Position numbers and translations under genes: made by a program
Notes under the pieces: generated by a model
What the model was told of the DNA's origin: nothing
What the model saw: only the letters and a program-made list of their open reading frames with translations
Databases searched by the model: none
Source: Spizellomyces punctatus DAOM BR117
Lineage: Eukaryota
DNA: 64,000 nt
Strand: one strand, 5' to 3'
NCBI GenBank assembly: GCA_000182565.2
Contig: KQ257452.1
Shown here: piece by piece, positions 27,157 through 39,115 of the stretch
Layout of the letters: every line of letters begins with the position of its first letter
How positions within the stretch are numbered: the stretch's first letter is position 1

Positions 27157-29663
27157 ATGACAGCTTTTACGCCTTATCTTGCGGAAATTGCTGATATCGT
27201 CTGCCGGTAGGACTTGAATGGGACTTCCCGCATGAACCGCATGAGATAACGACCGTGCAGCAATCGCTGAATCCTGGGATTTGTAGGTTATGTCGATGTG
27301 CAAGCAATACCGGGCTTGGAAACCTCTTGATATTATCTGGAGATGAACCCGTAGCTTCAAACCATGTGTCTGCAGCACATAATATTGCCCTAAAGTCCCT
27401 CTGGGGTGAAACACTTGCGAGGCTCGGATCCACAAGCCCAGCTCAAACCAATCCAACGCCAAGTTGGCAAGACATTGGCGAATTTCGGGCGCTGATGGTC
27501 GACGAGTCCGAAGCCATCACTCTGATTATCCGCCACATGTTCGTGATGGCAATGAAACAACCAGAAAAACTGCCAGCTGCAGTGCCGGAAATTTCTGTCG
27601 GACTCGATAACTGCCTAAGATCACTGAAGACGTTAGAAGCTACCACCTTGCTTGGTGCAATCCTGTTTCAAGACTCCGCAGGTATAGGATCCCAGGAGCG
27701 ACTGATACTGGCAGTCGCAGAGTTGGTGGCAGTTGTGTGTGAATTCTTCCGATGCCTTGGAGCTTTGATGACCACCTCCAGGATTGCGGAGGTGCAAAGT
27801 GGTACTGGGGACGGTGGCATGAGAGCCGGAAATGTACAAATGAAGACAGCCAAAACGTTTGTACAGAAGGCGATGAAGGCTGGCAAGTTCCTTAACTCTC
27901 GGCGAAATTCATTCGCGAGTGTGCGAGGTGCAGCGGCTCCCTCTGCCGAGAAGATAGCCGAGAACAGCCCAATAAAAGACGCAAACACAGACATCTGGGC
28001 TGTACAAGAGAAGCTACAAGAGCTCAACCAGTGCGGCAAAGCCCTCGTCAGTGCTCTTAATACTTTTTTGAATGTATTGTTGTCAGTGGAGCGTCATCTT
28101 GTGCTTCAACGCGCATCGTCCTCTCTGGCAAATGGTGGTGACAAGAAGAGCGGGATCCGACGTCTACGAGATGCTTTGGAAAATGTACTCAGGAGTCAAC
28201 AAATCAGTGATGTGGATTTAGAAGACACTAATCTGTCGGCCTCTGAGCATGTGAGAGAAGTCAGTCGAGATTCGTTCGGAGAGGAGCCACTGCATGTACG
28301 TAGGTCAAAGACTGTCAGAAGGCGAGCTAAATCCCTGGAGAGAGTATCAACGCTGGAATCTTGCTCGTCCCTTGAAAGTGATCACCACCGTACGGGGAAA
28401 CAAGGAGAAGAAGAAACGTCTTTCAACTTTAAAATGGGAATGAACTCTACTCCTGGAGAACTACTAAATTCTGTGCAGACTTTGTACACAGAAGGGGAAG
28501 ACCCTCCTGAGGGTAACGAATCAGCTGCCTCAGTCAGGAGACCTCGCTCATTATCCCATCCCACCGAAGCTGTTTCGTCAGGTCGTTTGTCATTCCCGAC
28601 TCAACGGCGCGCAACAGGACCGAGTCAACTGCGGCAGGAAATATCGGCCGAGGTGAGGTTGAAAACGTGCGCACCGTGCAATGCTGTCAAACTCATTTCA
28701 TAATTTTTTTCAGCCTACACCGCATGCGAACATTTCAACAAGCCATACTGAATTGCCTTCCGCAGCCCCGGACATATGGAGTTCTCAGTCTGCCTTGCCC
28801 TCCCCATATGAAGACCTTCTGAGGCATATCGAAGAGATTGAACAAACTCAACTTGAAATGCTCAAACAGTCAACACAACATAATCAACGGTCACCTGCAA
28901 CCCAGCCAAAAACTGCAACATATATTGCCGCCCCTAAGATTGGCTCACTACCTTCAACCTTCTCGATTGCCAAATCCCCGATGGGCGGCCAGATCATCAA
29001 TGTCGGTATCAACAAAAGAGGCATGGTAGGAAGCCCTTCTTCAACGACGTCCCTAATGATGCCACCCCCTCCGCACCATGTGCACCCGAAAATTGCGGTA
29101 GCGCAGATCAAGAAAGAGTGGGAACCAAGTTTGACTGTCAAAAGGCAGCTCCTGAGACAAGATTCCGGAATGACTTCGTGGAAACTGTGTGTGGCCAAGC
29201 TTTCGCATTCAAGCCATTCATTGTTGATATTCCCAAGTGGAAGAGCGACTGTCAAGGACATGGACTTTCCCGTGAGGGACCCAGAGGTGAGTATATTGCC
29301 AACTGCGTGACCATTTCATGATTGGGATGACCGCTCAATTCGATACAAATCCTGATGATAAAGTTGTCCGGAGCGAGTCCCATAGCCGCGTATAACCTCC
29401 GTAATGCCGTGATAGAGAAGGCATCCAATGTACCCAGACATAAGGCAATACGTGCACGCCTAATGAACGGAGTGAACGTTCTCATTGATGTTGGGTCCGA
29501 TGCCCGGCTCGAAGATTGGATGTATGCAATGAGACGTATTGCAGAAGATGAATCGGCTACCGCCCCGTCTCGGAGGGATAGCGCGCTTCCGAAAGGACGG
29601 GATAGTCGAGTAAATAGCTCCACATATTTGTCATACCCATCCGCCTCAAGTTTTGTAATCTAG
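27157..29663 (+). CDS. Large hypothetical protein: helical N-terminal region, disordered middle, PH-like C-terminal domain
   Basis: ORFs of 482, 209 and 102 aa joined by short introns. The C-terminus has a PH-like pattern (SWKLCVAKL...YNLRNAVIE...VLIDVGSDARLEDWMYAMRR). Start inferred (MTAFTPYLAEIADIVCR). Confidence 0.6.
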
Positions 29664-29743
29664 TGCCCAGGCGGCGGAACAAGATCAGAGGGTGCTTTAC
29701 AACAATTAGAAATATAGACTGCGCATTCCCTCACATTTTGATC

Positions 29744-31261
29744 TTAGATGTGCAGATGTTTCCTTTTGCCTTGCAGCTCTTTAGATCTCCTCGCAACTTC
29801 AAAAACCTCATCCGCCATGAGTAACCCATTTTCACGCAACATGAACAATAAAGTCATAATGTCTGCATGATCTACGGTATCACGCTGGCAACGGTGAAAG
29901 AAATAGTGTCAGTGCAGCACGCTGCTATCTTGTATACATAGAGTGCATACCTTTGATATAAAGCGCATTAGGGAATCTTTATATTGACATCTGCCCAAGG
30001 GTCGGTCTCGTATAACGTGTTTATTCCACGCTTTTAACAATGCACACTCCGATCTTGTCAGATTAGCATCCATACACATGTCCTCCAAGTGCTGCAAGAG
30101 GAATACGTCATTCTTGCCATTCATACCCTAACATGACTGGTAACAGTAATAGCATAGTAGATACCTTTCCAAGCTCAGCCTCCAGGAAAGACATATCGAC
30201 GCAGTCGTCGCTGATTCGGGTGAGGGATGATGTCATTCGAACTGCATTTGGGTTAAAAAGGGAGGGCTTATACCTATCGTATTCATCTTCTTCCGGTTGG
30301 ATGGCGACATTTGTGCTACTATGAAAATACTGTCTAGCAGACTGAGCCCGCCCCACCCGGTCAACCTGGATCGATGAAACCGAGACTCTCGCACTGTCGG
30401 TTGAGACACTGCTCCCACGGAGACTGTATGTAGCGCTATTCCGCTCCGTTCCCAGTGTTTTTTCCACTTCCACAACATATGGATCCTGAACAATCTCAAT
30501 ATCTAACTTGCAGGTAGCGTTCACAAGCGGCTTCTTCTTCAATTGCCACAGGTGGACTGTCACGGGTTTCGCCACTTTTGGGAGAATGTCAAACTCACAT
30601 TCGCCACATGGATGCCGGCCCCTCTCTGTGACGATGGAATATTGTCCATCTTCTTTTGAAAGAGTCGCCTAAAATGGGACCACCTTTCGTCAGCTTGTCC
30701 TCACCTTTCGACGTGCTAGTCGGTGACATCACTGACATCAAAGTAAAACGGAGGTTCGTACCTCCTTTTGTTGGTACATTTCTCCTTTTCCGAATCTATG
30801 GCATCGAACGTCAGACACTTAATTTCGGCAATGACAGAAAGAAGTAACTTTAGATATGCTCACCGAAATCATCATACGGAATGAATGCGACCCGCAGAGT
30901 GTGCTTTATGACTCTCGCGCCAGTAATCAAATGGCCGCCAGGTGAAATACACCGTCCCTTTGATCCATGGTGTAAACCAACCTCGCCGTCCTCGTTCAAC
31001 ATGACGACAACATCAGAGTAACAGGTTCGGCAGGTAAAGTCGGTTCCGTCCGAGTACGTGGCGGTAAGTTCGATTTCCACAACAAGGCGAATAGGTACAG
31101 GTGCGGGCAGCTGCTGTGTATTGTCCACTGTGATCTGCGAATGCCTTGTGTTGATATCCAGCAGCTTGAGCTGTAGCCGCACAGAGACCGGACTACCAAG
31201 GGTAGGGTAAATTTACCCATATCAGTCAGTGCAAGCGATGACTTTCCCCGAACCTGAGCAT
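29744..31261 (-). CDS. SUZ12: VEFS-box protein, SUZ12/EMF2-like Polycomb PRC2 subunit
   Basis: RQYFHSSTNVAIQPEEDEYDSDDCVDMSFL...LTRSECALLKAWNKHVIR...SLMRFI...LLFMLRENGLL matches the VEFS-box pattern (RxYFHSxT...DSEDExD..L...ExxxxxxWNxHV). Confidence 0.7.
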
Positions 31262-31348
31262 CGCGAGTCGGCCCGCTTTAGCCATCGGAGCGCTGGTCAA
31301 TACTGAAGGCGAGAAGCCTGCTTCCACCCCACTGCTGTCCCCAGTGTA

Positions 31349-31359
31349 CACGTGACTCA
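31349..31359. promoter_or_regulatory. Overlapping E-box/AP-1 element CACGTGACTCA
   Basis: Lies in the 167-bp SUZ12-like/REX1BD divergent promoter. Confidence 0.45.
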
Positions 31360-31428
31360 GCACAGTGCAAACCAAATGCAGTTCCTCCAACGTAAGGATT
31401 TACTCTCTCACGAACGTATTTGGTCACC

Positions 31429-32017
31429 ATGCTTGCCTCCGCCGTCTCTACCGCTCCACTTGAACTTATGCGCCAGTTCAACGCTTTACAATCAACTAGG
31501 GTACAGACATATCGTGACTTTGAAAGGTAACGCGGCAGTACTTTTCTGAAGCAATGGAGCGGTACTTTTTCCCACACATGCTATTGTGTAGAGGTTTTGA
31601 TGACTATATTACCGAGGCGAAAACACCAGCAGAGTATGAACGACTTGTTGAAGATATCACGCAAAAATTTGCGTCCATTTCGCGGGACATACGGGCAGTC
31701 GAACAACGCTTGCGAGATCAAGATCAAAGTGAGTGGGCCACGATGATACGGGAGATCCAAGATTTGGAGAAAATGAAACTACGAGCGGTATGCAAATTAA
31801 GGGTTAGAGTTCATTGTCAGCGCTGCTCACCTGTATCCATACCATCACTGAGCAGACGGTCAACTACCAGATGAACAAACTTGAATCGGTATTTGGAGAA
31901 AGAGATTACCAGGGTGATCTGGAGCAATCCCAAAAAATGATAGAGAAGATTACGCTTGAGATTGTTGACAAGCTATTCGCTCTGCGACATGACATGGCGG
32001 AACTGTTAGAAAGTTAA
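31429..32017 (+). CDS. REX1BD: REX1-B domain protein (C19orf60-like)
   Basis: LMRQFNALQSTRVQTYRDFERGFDDY...YERLVEDITQKFASISRDIRAVE...IREIQDLEKMKLRATV. Two introns. Confidence 0.8.
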
Positions 32018-32084
32018 TCTTCACTTAAAGCTTATGTAAGCAACACTACACTTTTTGCTGCAAGGGTAGTGGGCGTCAACTTTA

Positions 32085-32972
32085 ATGTATCGCGATGACC
32101 TTTCACCTTGTGCCTGTCAAGTAACCTTCAGCTTGGTCGATGATGCCTATGCGGAAGTATTTACGCTCTTCTCATCTAAAGCTGCGCACACCTGGCGCCA
32201 CAATTTCCATGTTACCCAGAAATCTCCCAAAGTCGACTATACCTTGGGTGATAGAACCATAACCATATCGCAGGACAATTCAGCGCTTGGCCGCTTAGGT
32301 GTGACGGGTGTTGTTGTCTGGGATAGCGCTGTGGTTCTGTCTAGGTTGTGTGAACGTGGAGTTTTCGACGTTCGCAACAGGGCCTGCCTTGAACTAGGTA
32401 GTGGGACAGGCCTATTTGGGATCGCACTGGTTACACTTGGTGCTCGCACTATTGTGCTGACTGACAGGTTCGATGAGCTGAAGCATGCGGAGAAAAATAT
32501 TCTGAAAAACATAAAAGAGGCTGAAGAACGGGCCAGGATCCAGTTGGTGGAATATGAGTGGGGTTCTGACACCAGGTCCATCTTTCAGGCGCTTCGGTGC
32601 AAGGAGGAAGCTGGTGATGAAGAAATAGCAAAGCGATCGACACAATTTGACTACATCTTTGCTAGTGATTGTGTGTATAACGAACACATCGTTCCGTATC
32701 TAGTCGAAACGTTCAAAAAATTCTGTTCTGAGTCAAATGGCGGAGGTTCGGTTCGCTGTGCAGCCAGCGAGGCCTCTGTCGTAGAAGCGCGATTGTGGCC
32801 CGAAAATACTACCCTAGTCGTAATTGCGCAAGAGTTGCGATCAGATAGTGTCCACCTAGAGTTTCTCGAACAGATGGTACAATCAGGCTTTTGCATGGCT
32901 CGATTGGAAGGTATCGGGGATGTTGTGCAGAATTCTGCGGTCTGTCTCTATGTTGCATGGTTGGAAACTTAG
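32085..32972 (+). CDS. Seven-beta-strand protein methyltransferase (Methyltransf_16, Rkm5/METTL21-like), intronless
   Basis: TGVVVWDSAVVL, CLELGSGTG, VLTD, YEWG, DYIFASDCVYNE, IAQELRS. Confidence 0.9.
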   Translation: MYRDDLSPCACQVTFSLVDDAYAEVFTLFSSKAAHTWRHNFHVTQKSPKVDYTLGDRTITISQDNSALGRLGVTGVVVWDSAVVLSRLCERGVFDVRNRACLELGSGTGLFGIALVTLGARTIVLTDRFDELKHAEKNILKNIKEAEERARIQLVEYEWGSDTRSIFQALRCKEEAGDEEIAKRSTQFDYIFASDCVYNEHIVPYLVETFKKFCSESNGGGSVRCAASEASVVEARLWPENTTLVVIAQELRSDSVHLEFLEQMVQSGFCMARLEGIGDVVQNSAVCLYVAWLET

Positions 32973-33083
32973 AGCTATTGGCGTCGCCCACAATCCTTCC
33001 TTCGTTTTGGCTGTTTCAAACATGTGACGTAGTTTACAAAGTCGGCGACTCGAAATTAAAATGTATTGTTTGGAAGATATCCC

Positions 33084-35310
33084 TCAGGTTGAACCCCGAG
33101 TACCAGCTAATGTCTCGATAAGTTTCGCCGATGCCTAGAAGGCCCATTAACCATAGTCAGGACATCAGAATCTTCCGCCCACTCACCTTTGCACCTTGAA
33201 CAAGTCTATCCTCGAAAAAGGCCGCAGTTTCTGTAAATCGCTTCTCATACCCCTCCATGCTCCCCAGTTCTATACATTCAACCCAGCCCCGAGTAGCGGT
33301 GTAAAATTCGCAATCGTCTGAACGAATCTCGCGATTGTACAGCGCTGCATTGATGGCATCGTCTAAGGACCCAGGCTCGAGGAAGAGGTATTCCGTAAGG
33401 CCCTGTAGTATGTGCGAAAGTTCCTAGTGACGGTCGGCAGCGCAGAGCACGTGGTCAAAATGGGCATACCAGAAGCATACGGAAAGGTGGAGTTTGGCAG
33501 ATTAGGTGGTCATAGGGACTGGGCAACATTTAATGATACCTTAGCATTAAATTGTGCCAGCCTGCAAGATGCACATATGACAATAATCTTACGAGGGTTC
33601 CAGCGCGTGCCAGCAGTCAACGACTGCGAGGAGCGACAAGTGTGAATTCTAAATATGAATCGTTCATTTAGTTTACCCGCCTAGCCATCCATAGAGCCAC
33701 TCATCCACTCACAGGTTTTCGTTGCGCTCTTGGAATCGCTGATAAAGAGAATTGATCCAGGACATCGTCTGAGAGGAGAAGGGCTTGGCGGTCAGCATTT
33801 CCAAAGACAAATGCAGCAGCCTGGAATTCGACAAATTAAGCTTGACTCCAATAGCGCCAATATTATTTTCACCACATACAGCCTTCACGCGTTTCCTAAA
33901 CTCTTCCTCCTTCTCTTGAATCATCAGCTTGAACAATTCAGATACTGAGTTGGCATATTGTCGAACTTGAGGTCTCGCGCTTGGATTTAGTATAGCCAGT
34001 CCTGTTACAAAGTCAATCTTTAATCTTCGGTGCTCTCTTTGGAAGAGCCAATACATGTTCGTACCAGCGTATACATGCCATTTGTTGCTGTATATTCGCA
34101 GAGTCATCAGCGTCTTTACGTTCTCAATACCACCGACATAAGACGGGTTTTCCCACTGACGAAGCAACAACGCCCATCAAAAGCTCGTCGAAAGGAGCGA
34201 TTTCACGTATTCTGATTTAACACTTACTGGATAGACCTTGTGAACCTTCCAAGCCGTACCCATGCTAAATGATACCGGACATAGAGGAACACGAATCAAG
34301 ACAGCGGATCATAGCGATTGAAAGACGGACGTGGGAATCCTACCTCAAGAAAGCAAGGTGTGTGGCCACTTGAGTATCTGCAGTTATACGATCATGGTCC
34401 AGATAATTCAGGTATACAATATCCGATTGTAAGGAATTTAATATTCGGACAGCTCGGTCGAAAGATTCTTGGTCACTTCTGTGTCGTATCACCACCTATG
34501 TATCGGAGCATTCAGCATCGTCGCTCGTATTTCTCAATGGTCGACGGATGATACCAAAGGTTGATTTTTGGGATTAACTCTTGGCCCATGCATTGAATGA
34601 CAGGTTACTATATTGACGTCTGGTGGAAGGTATTTCTCAAAAGCCCTAATCTCTGGCTCTTTAACAGACGTCTATCGTGGAATGATGTCGTGTAAGTAGG
34701 TTTATCCAGTAGCTACCTGCGTCTTGAAACCAATCGCTGTATTACCTGCCCGCACACAGTTGCACCAAGTTTAGTTCCTATGTTCCATGAGAGCAAGGAA
34801 ACACGTTGGCAAGTATTCTACCGGGATACTCTAGACAATTTATAATTCTCCTACCAGGACCGTACATTCCCACCACTCTATCGATATTTGCTGCCTCCAC
34901 ACTGTAAACAATAAAGTCGCTCCTTCGAGATACAGAATAACCGTCGGGAAGGACATTCAATCCGGTGCCTGAAGGTCACCGACGGTAAGGTGTCGCGTGT
35001 CGACGGGTTGTCTACGGGTGACGTACCAGCTAGCTCTTCTCTCAGTTGTTCATAGCGAGAAGGTATGTCGCAGACGTTGACACTTCAAATATATAGTTTG
35101 AAGTCAGTAGGGCGTGAAATCTTGGTTGTCACTTGAAACTCACCGCTTCCAACCCGCCGCAAGAAAAGACAACCCGTACAGCCGACCCATGTCCCCTAAG
35201 GTATGGGTTCCGGTGAGCAAACTGTGACGAAGCCAAGGTTGTGCACTCTGAATTCTTAAGCTTCACGTACCCAAGCCAATTATGCCCACTTCTATCGTTT
35301 CTTTCTCCAT
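33084..35310 (-). CDS. TYR1: Prephenate dehydrogenase
   Basis: VGIIGLG Rossmann start, SRRSDFIVYSVEAANI, HGPRVN, YVGGIENVKTLMTLRIYSNKWHVYAGLAILNPSA. All match yeast Tyr1. Many small exons. Confidence 0.93.
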
Positions 35311-35384
35311 TATTTCTGAAATTCATGTGCGAGATCGCTGTGAATCGCGTCGAGAGCACCCGACCTCAATTTCGCAGGACAGCA

Positions 35385-35396
35385 TGAGTCACGTCA
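35385..35396. promoter_or_regulatory. Composite element TGAGTCACGTCA
   Basis: Lies in the TYR1/CSN1 divergent promoter. Its reverse complement shares ACGTGACTCA with the element at 31350. Confidence 0.45.
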
Positions 35397-35535
35397 TTAA
35401 CCTCAAAATGGGAGCAGCTAATCAGGTCAATTGGTAACCTCACCTGCAACCATCCTCCCCACATCGGCCTTGGACGAAAAACAGCTCGATAAGCTATTCA
35501 AAGGCCACTGTATTCACCAATTCTGCATCCACAAT

Positions 35536-37369
35536 ATGATGGACATAGACTTACCCCTGGATCAGAACTTCAACCAACCGCCGCGAAGACCCGCAGAGGC
35601 CTGGGATGAAGCTGCAGACGAGAACAATGAAAGCAAAAAGAAAAAGACAAGCACAATAATAGTCGACAACCCAACCTTAGACCTGGAAAGTTACAGTGCG
35701 AACTACGTAGGTGAGCTTTACTGAACCACTGGAGGCTTTCTGCTTACGATCGGCCGGACTAAGAGGATTATCCGGCTGTAAAGGGCATACACGAGTTGAA
35801 CGCCTTATCTTCATTGCGGAGCACTCCCCACCACTTGCCATTGACGCTTATAAAATTGCTTTGAACGACTTAAAAAACACAATGGATTATACGCGTTACA
35901 CTGTGGTGCACCAGAAGTTGAACGACCTACTTCTGGGACGAGGTCTGCCAACCATCCCTTTGGACCAAACATGGGTCGACAACACAAAGAAAGCACAGCG
36001 AGCGAAAACGGAAAAGCTGGAACGAGAGTTGAAAGATTACAAGAGCAATTTGATTAAGGAGAGCATCAGGGTATGTGTTGTGCGCAATTCATACTTGATG
36101 ACTCTGAGATGACCGTCACAATCAGATGGGACACAACGATCTAGGCGATCATCTTTACGATAGTGGTGACTTATCGGGGGCTTTGAAATCATATTCACGA
36201 ACGAGAGATTACTGCACAACGTCAAAGCACATTGTAGATATGTGCATCAACGTAGCAAGAGTAAGCGTGCCCATGATCATCCAGTGGATACGTGTTTGCA
36301 TCTAACGTATACAAAATCACAACTTGTAGCTCAGCATGGAATTGAATAACTTTGCTCATGTCCAAAGCTACGTCGTAAAGGCGGAAACAACGCCCGATAT
36401 ACCAGAAAAGAACATAGTAACCAGCAAACTCAACTGTATCATGGGGTTGGTGAATTTGGAGGCTGGAAAGTTCAAGCGAGCGGCGCGAAATTTCCTTGAT
36501 ACTAGCTTTGAACTGAATACGCACTTCTCTGAGGTACGGTTCATAGACTGTGCCTTTTTGTAGACAATCTAACAAGGTATCTTCTTATTAGGTTCTTTCT
36601 CCCAACGACGTGGCAATTTATGGCGGACTTTGTGCATTGGCAACATTCGACCGTTCGGAACTGAAAAGCAGAGTTTTCGACAATGCCGACTTTAAGCAAT
36701 TTCTCGAACTCGAACCGCAAGTGCGAGAGTTGCTATCAAATTTTTACCACTCCAAGTATTCGCTGTGTCTGGATATATTGGAAAAGATGAAAGTATGGTC
36801 GTCGTCTAACATCTTGGTATTTGCCAAGAAGTCGTACTAAATTAAGAGATCTACAGAATGACCTATATCTCGACATATGGCTGCATGGGCATGTCGACAT
36901 GATATATCAAAGTATTCGCAAGAAGGCCCTTGTGCAGTATTTCTATCCATTCTTATCCGTCGACCTGAACCTGATGGCACAAGCCTTCAGCACAACGGTT
37001 CCGGAGCTGGAACAGGAACTAGCCACCTTGATAACGAGCAAAGAAATTCAAGCTCGTATAGATAGCCATAATAAGGTAAGACAATGATTGATAAAAACGT
37101 TGTACACTGGACGCTGACCTGGTGTTTTCCTTTTGACACCAGATCCTACGGATCAAATCCGCAGACCAGCGAACCAATATATTCGAAAAGTCACTTGCAA
37201 TGGGATCGGATTATCAGACTCAAGTAAAACATATGCTATTGCGAATGAAGCTTGTACGCGCCGATATGATTGGTATGTCTGTTGTCGATCCCTCGTAGAC
37301 CGAACCAACTGTTCAACCATCTTCATGTTAGTGAGACCTCCCGAACGTGATCGACATGACTCATCCTAA
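35536..37369 (+). CDS. CSN1: COP9 signalosome subunit 1 (CSN1/GPS1)
   Basis: [67 protein letters not shown]-domain end [12 protein letters not shown]. Confidence 0.95.
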
Positions 37370-37603
37370 GCAACGAGGTCTAAGCCTCCGACTTGAAGCG
37401 CGTCAGATTCCTACTTTAACCTTTTATGGAATGTAATTTGCCTTATTTGAATGTCATATGTGCGTGTGGGAAAAGGCGATGCTTTCAGCGTGAGAAAAGG
37501 CTCAACTGGCCGGATAAGGAGGAGACCGAACAAAAAACAAGTTGCGCACACACTTCTCATCTCCCCCTAATTTCCGTTTTTTGGCATCATCGTTCCTTGC
37601 TGA

Positions 37604-38719
37604 ATGGCCCTCGCGCAGAGAGGATCGTGCCTCCGGCCGCGCTGTGCATCCCTTCTCGCACTTGTCACTATAACCTTCTTCTTATCTACTACCAATGTCC
37701 TAGCGCAGCAAAGCAACTGGTCTCTTGAAGGATGTATGGCTGTTCTTCCAAACCTTCCCACACCATCGTCAACGCCAATTACTGCATCAACTCAGATCAT
37801 TCAGTCTTGCGTTGATACCTGCGCGAACCAAAACATTACCTATGCGCTGCTTTCTGGACCGACTTGTGCGTGTTTGAGTTCAGATGCCGTGATACGAACC
37901 CTATTAGCGGTGAATGTTGCGGAATGTAACCTAAAATGTGACGGGGAGCTACCCTGTGGAAATCCCGTATCTGGACGATACTCTGTATATAATACTGGCA
38001 AGGGTTTGGGAGCTGGTGCAGGTACATCCACGTCAGCACCTCTCCCTTCTGCTTCACCAGCGGTTGCCACGTCTACACCTCAACCACCACCTCAAGCCAA
38101 TGGCGGGACGATCACCACATCCGGCAAAGTAACCGCACCTAGTAGCCGAAATGTAGCAACTATCGTTGCGTCTTCCATCTCTGCCGGTGTCGTCGTCGCC
38201 TGTCTTGTAGCATTCCTTTGCTACCGATATCGAAAACGACGTTCACTTCACCACTTGCCTCGTCTCGAAGCTGGCACGACCGATGGTAAAGCAGGAGGAC
38301 TCATTCGATCAGCCTCAAAACGAGGCGCGAAAGCTCTAAAAGCAGGCGTTGTTCCCGCTACCACTACGGTCGAAAGTCTTCAATCGGGCTTGAATGGTGC
38401 GGGTATTGTCGTGAAAGGCAATGGTCTGAATGCCATCCTTCCACGAACACCAAACATGATCTACTCTGTCATCACGGCCCATAAACCCATCCTGTCTGAT
38501 GAAATCGAGCTGAGAACAGATGATGTGGTCGCAGTCCAAAAGCACTTTGAGGATGGATGGGGCGTAGGAACGAATGTCTCAACAGGGCAGGTGGGGGTTT
38601 TCCCATTGGGATGCTTGGTGAGCGAGGATGAGTGGGTAGAAAAAGGATTTGCATTACCTAGTAGAGCGGCAAGTGCTGCTTCCAAGACCTCGTTCAGGCC
38701 TGGAAAAGAAGCGATTTAA
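37604..38719 (+). CDS. Single-pass membrane protein: signal peptide, WSC domain, S/T/P stalk, TM, cytoplasmic SH3
   Basis: WSC cysteine pattern (LEGC...SCVDTC...YALLSGPTCAC...CNLKCDGELPCG...YSVY). TM IVASSISAGVVVACLVAFLC followed by RYRKRR. SH3 DEIELRTDDVV...EDGWGVG...GVFPLGCL. Confidence 0.85.
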   Translation: MALAQRGSCLRPRCASLLALVTITFFLSTTNVLAQQSNWSLEGCMAVLPNLPTPSSTPITASTQIIQSCVDTCANQNITYALLSGPTCACLSSDAVIRTLLAVNVAECNLKCDGELPCGNPVSGRYSVYNTGKGLGAGAGTSTSAPLPSASPAVATSTPQPPPQANGGTITTSGKVTAPSSRNVATIVASSISAGVVVACLVAFLCYRYRKRRSLHHLPRLEAGTTDGKAGGLIRSASKRGAKALKAGVVPATTTVESLQSGLNGAGIVVKGNGLNAILPRTPNMIYSVITAHKPILSDEIELRTDDVVAVQKHFEDGWGVGTNVSTGQVGVFPLGCLVSEDEWVEKGFALPSRAASAASKTSFRPGKEAI

Positions 38720-39115
38720 ACTGGGAAAGTGCGGGGAGAGTTATAGATTGTACAAAGTTTTGTGAACTATGCTACCACTTAGTGTCCTGTTTCTTGGTGT
38801 CAATTGTATCTTTATTACATGTATGTTTACATTTCTGGCTGGTAGCGCCGAAAAAATAGACTAGTAGTTATCTGTTGATCTGATGCAGTTTGTGTCAATG
38901 AAATGCCAGTCCATCTCAGAGGAGGCAAGATTATATTGCACGTTCAGATAGCGCAGGGAAGAACAGATGATGCTGAAAGGAATTGCCAAAATTTCTCCAA
39001 AATAACAGTTTGTATGTATAATTAACATGGAATATGCCAGAAATCGATTGTATGTATATGATTATGATAATAGGATGTCACAGTAAAACTTGAAAGTAAT
39101 ATCTGCAGCACTGCG

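Noticed and set aside
37356-37364. ATGACTCAT upstream of the WSC-SH3 gene (also TGACTCA at 60810)
   Set aside because: Both lie within coding sequence, so they were not counted as promoter elements.
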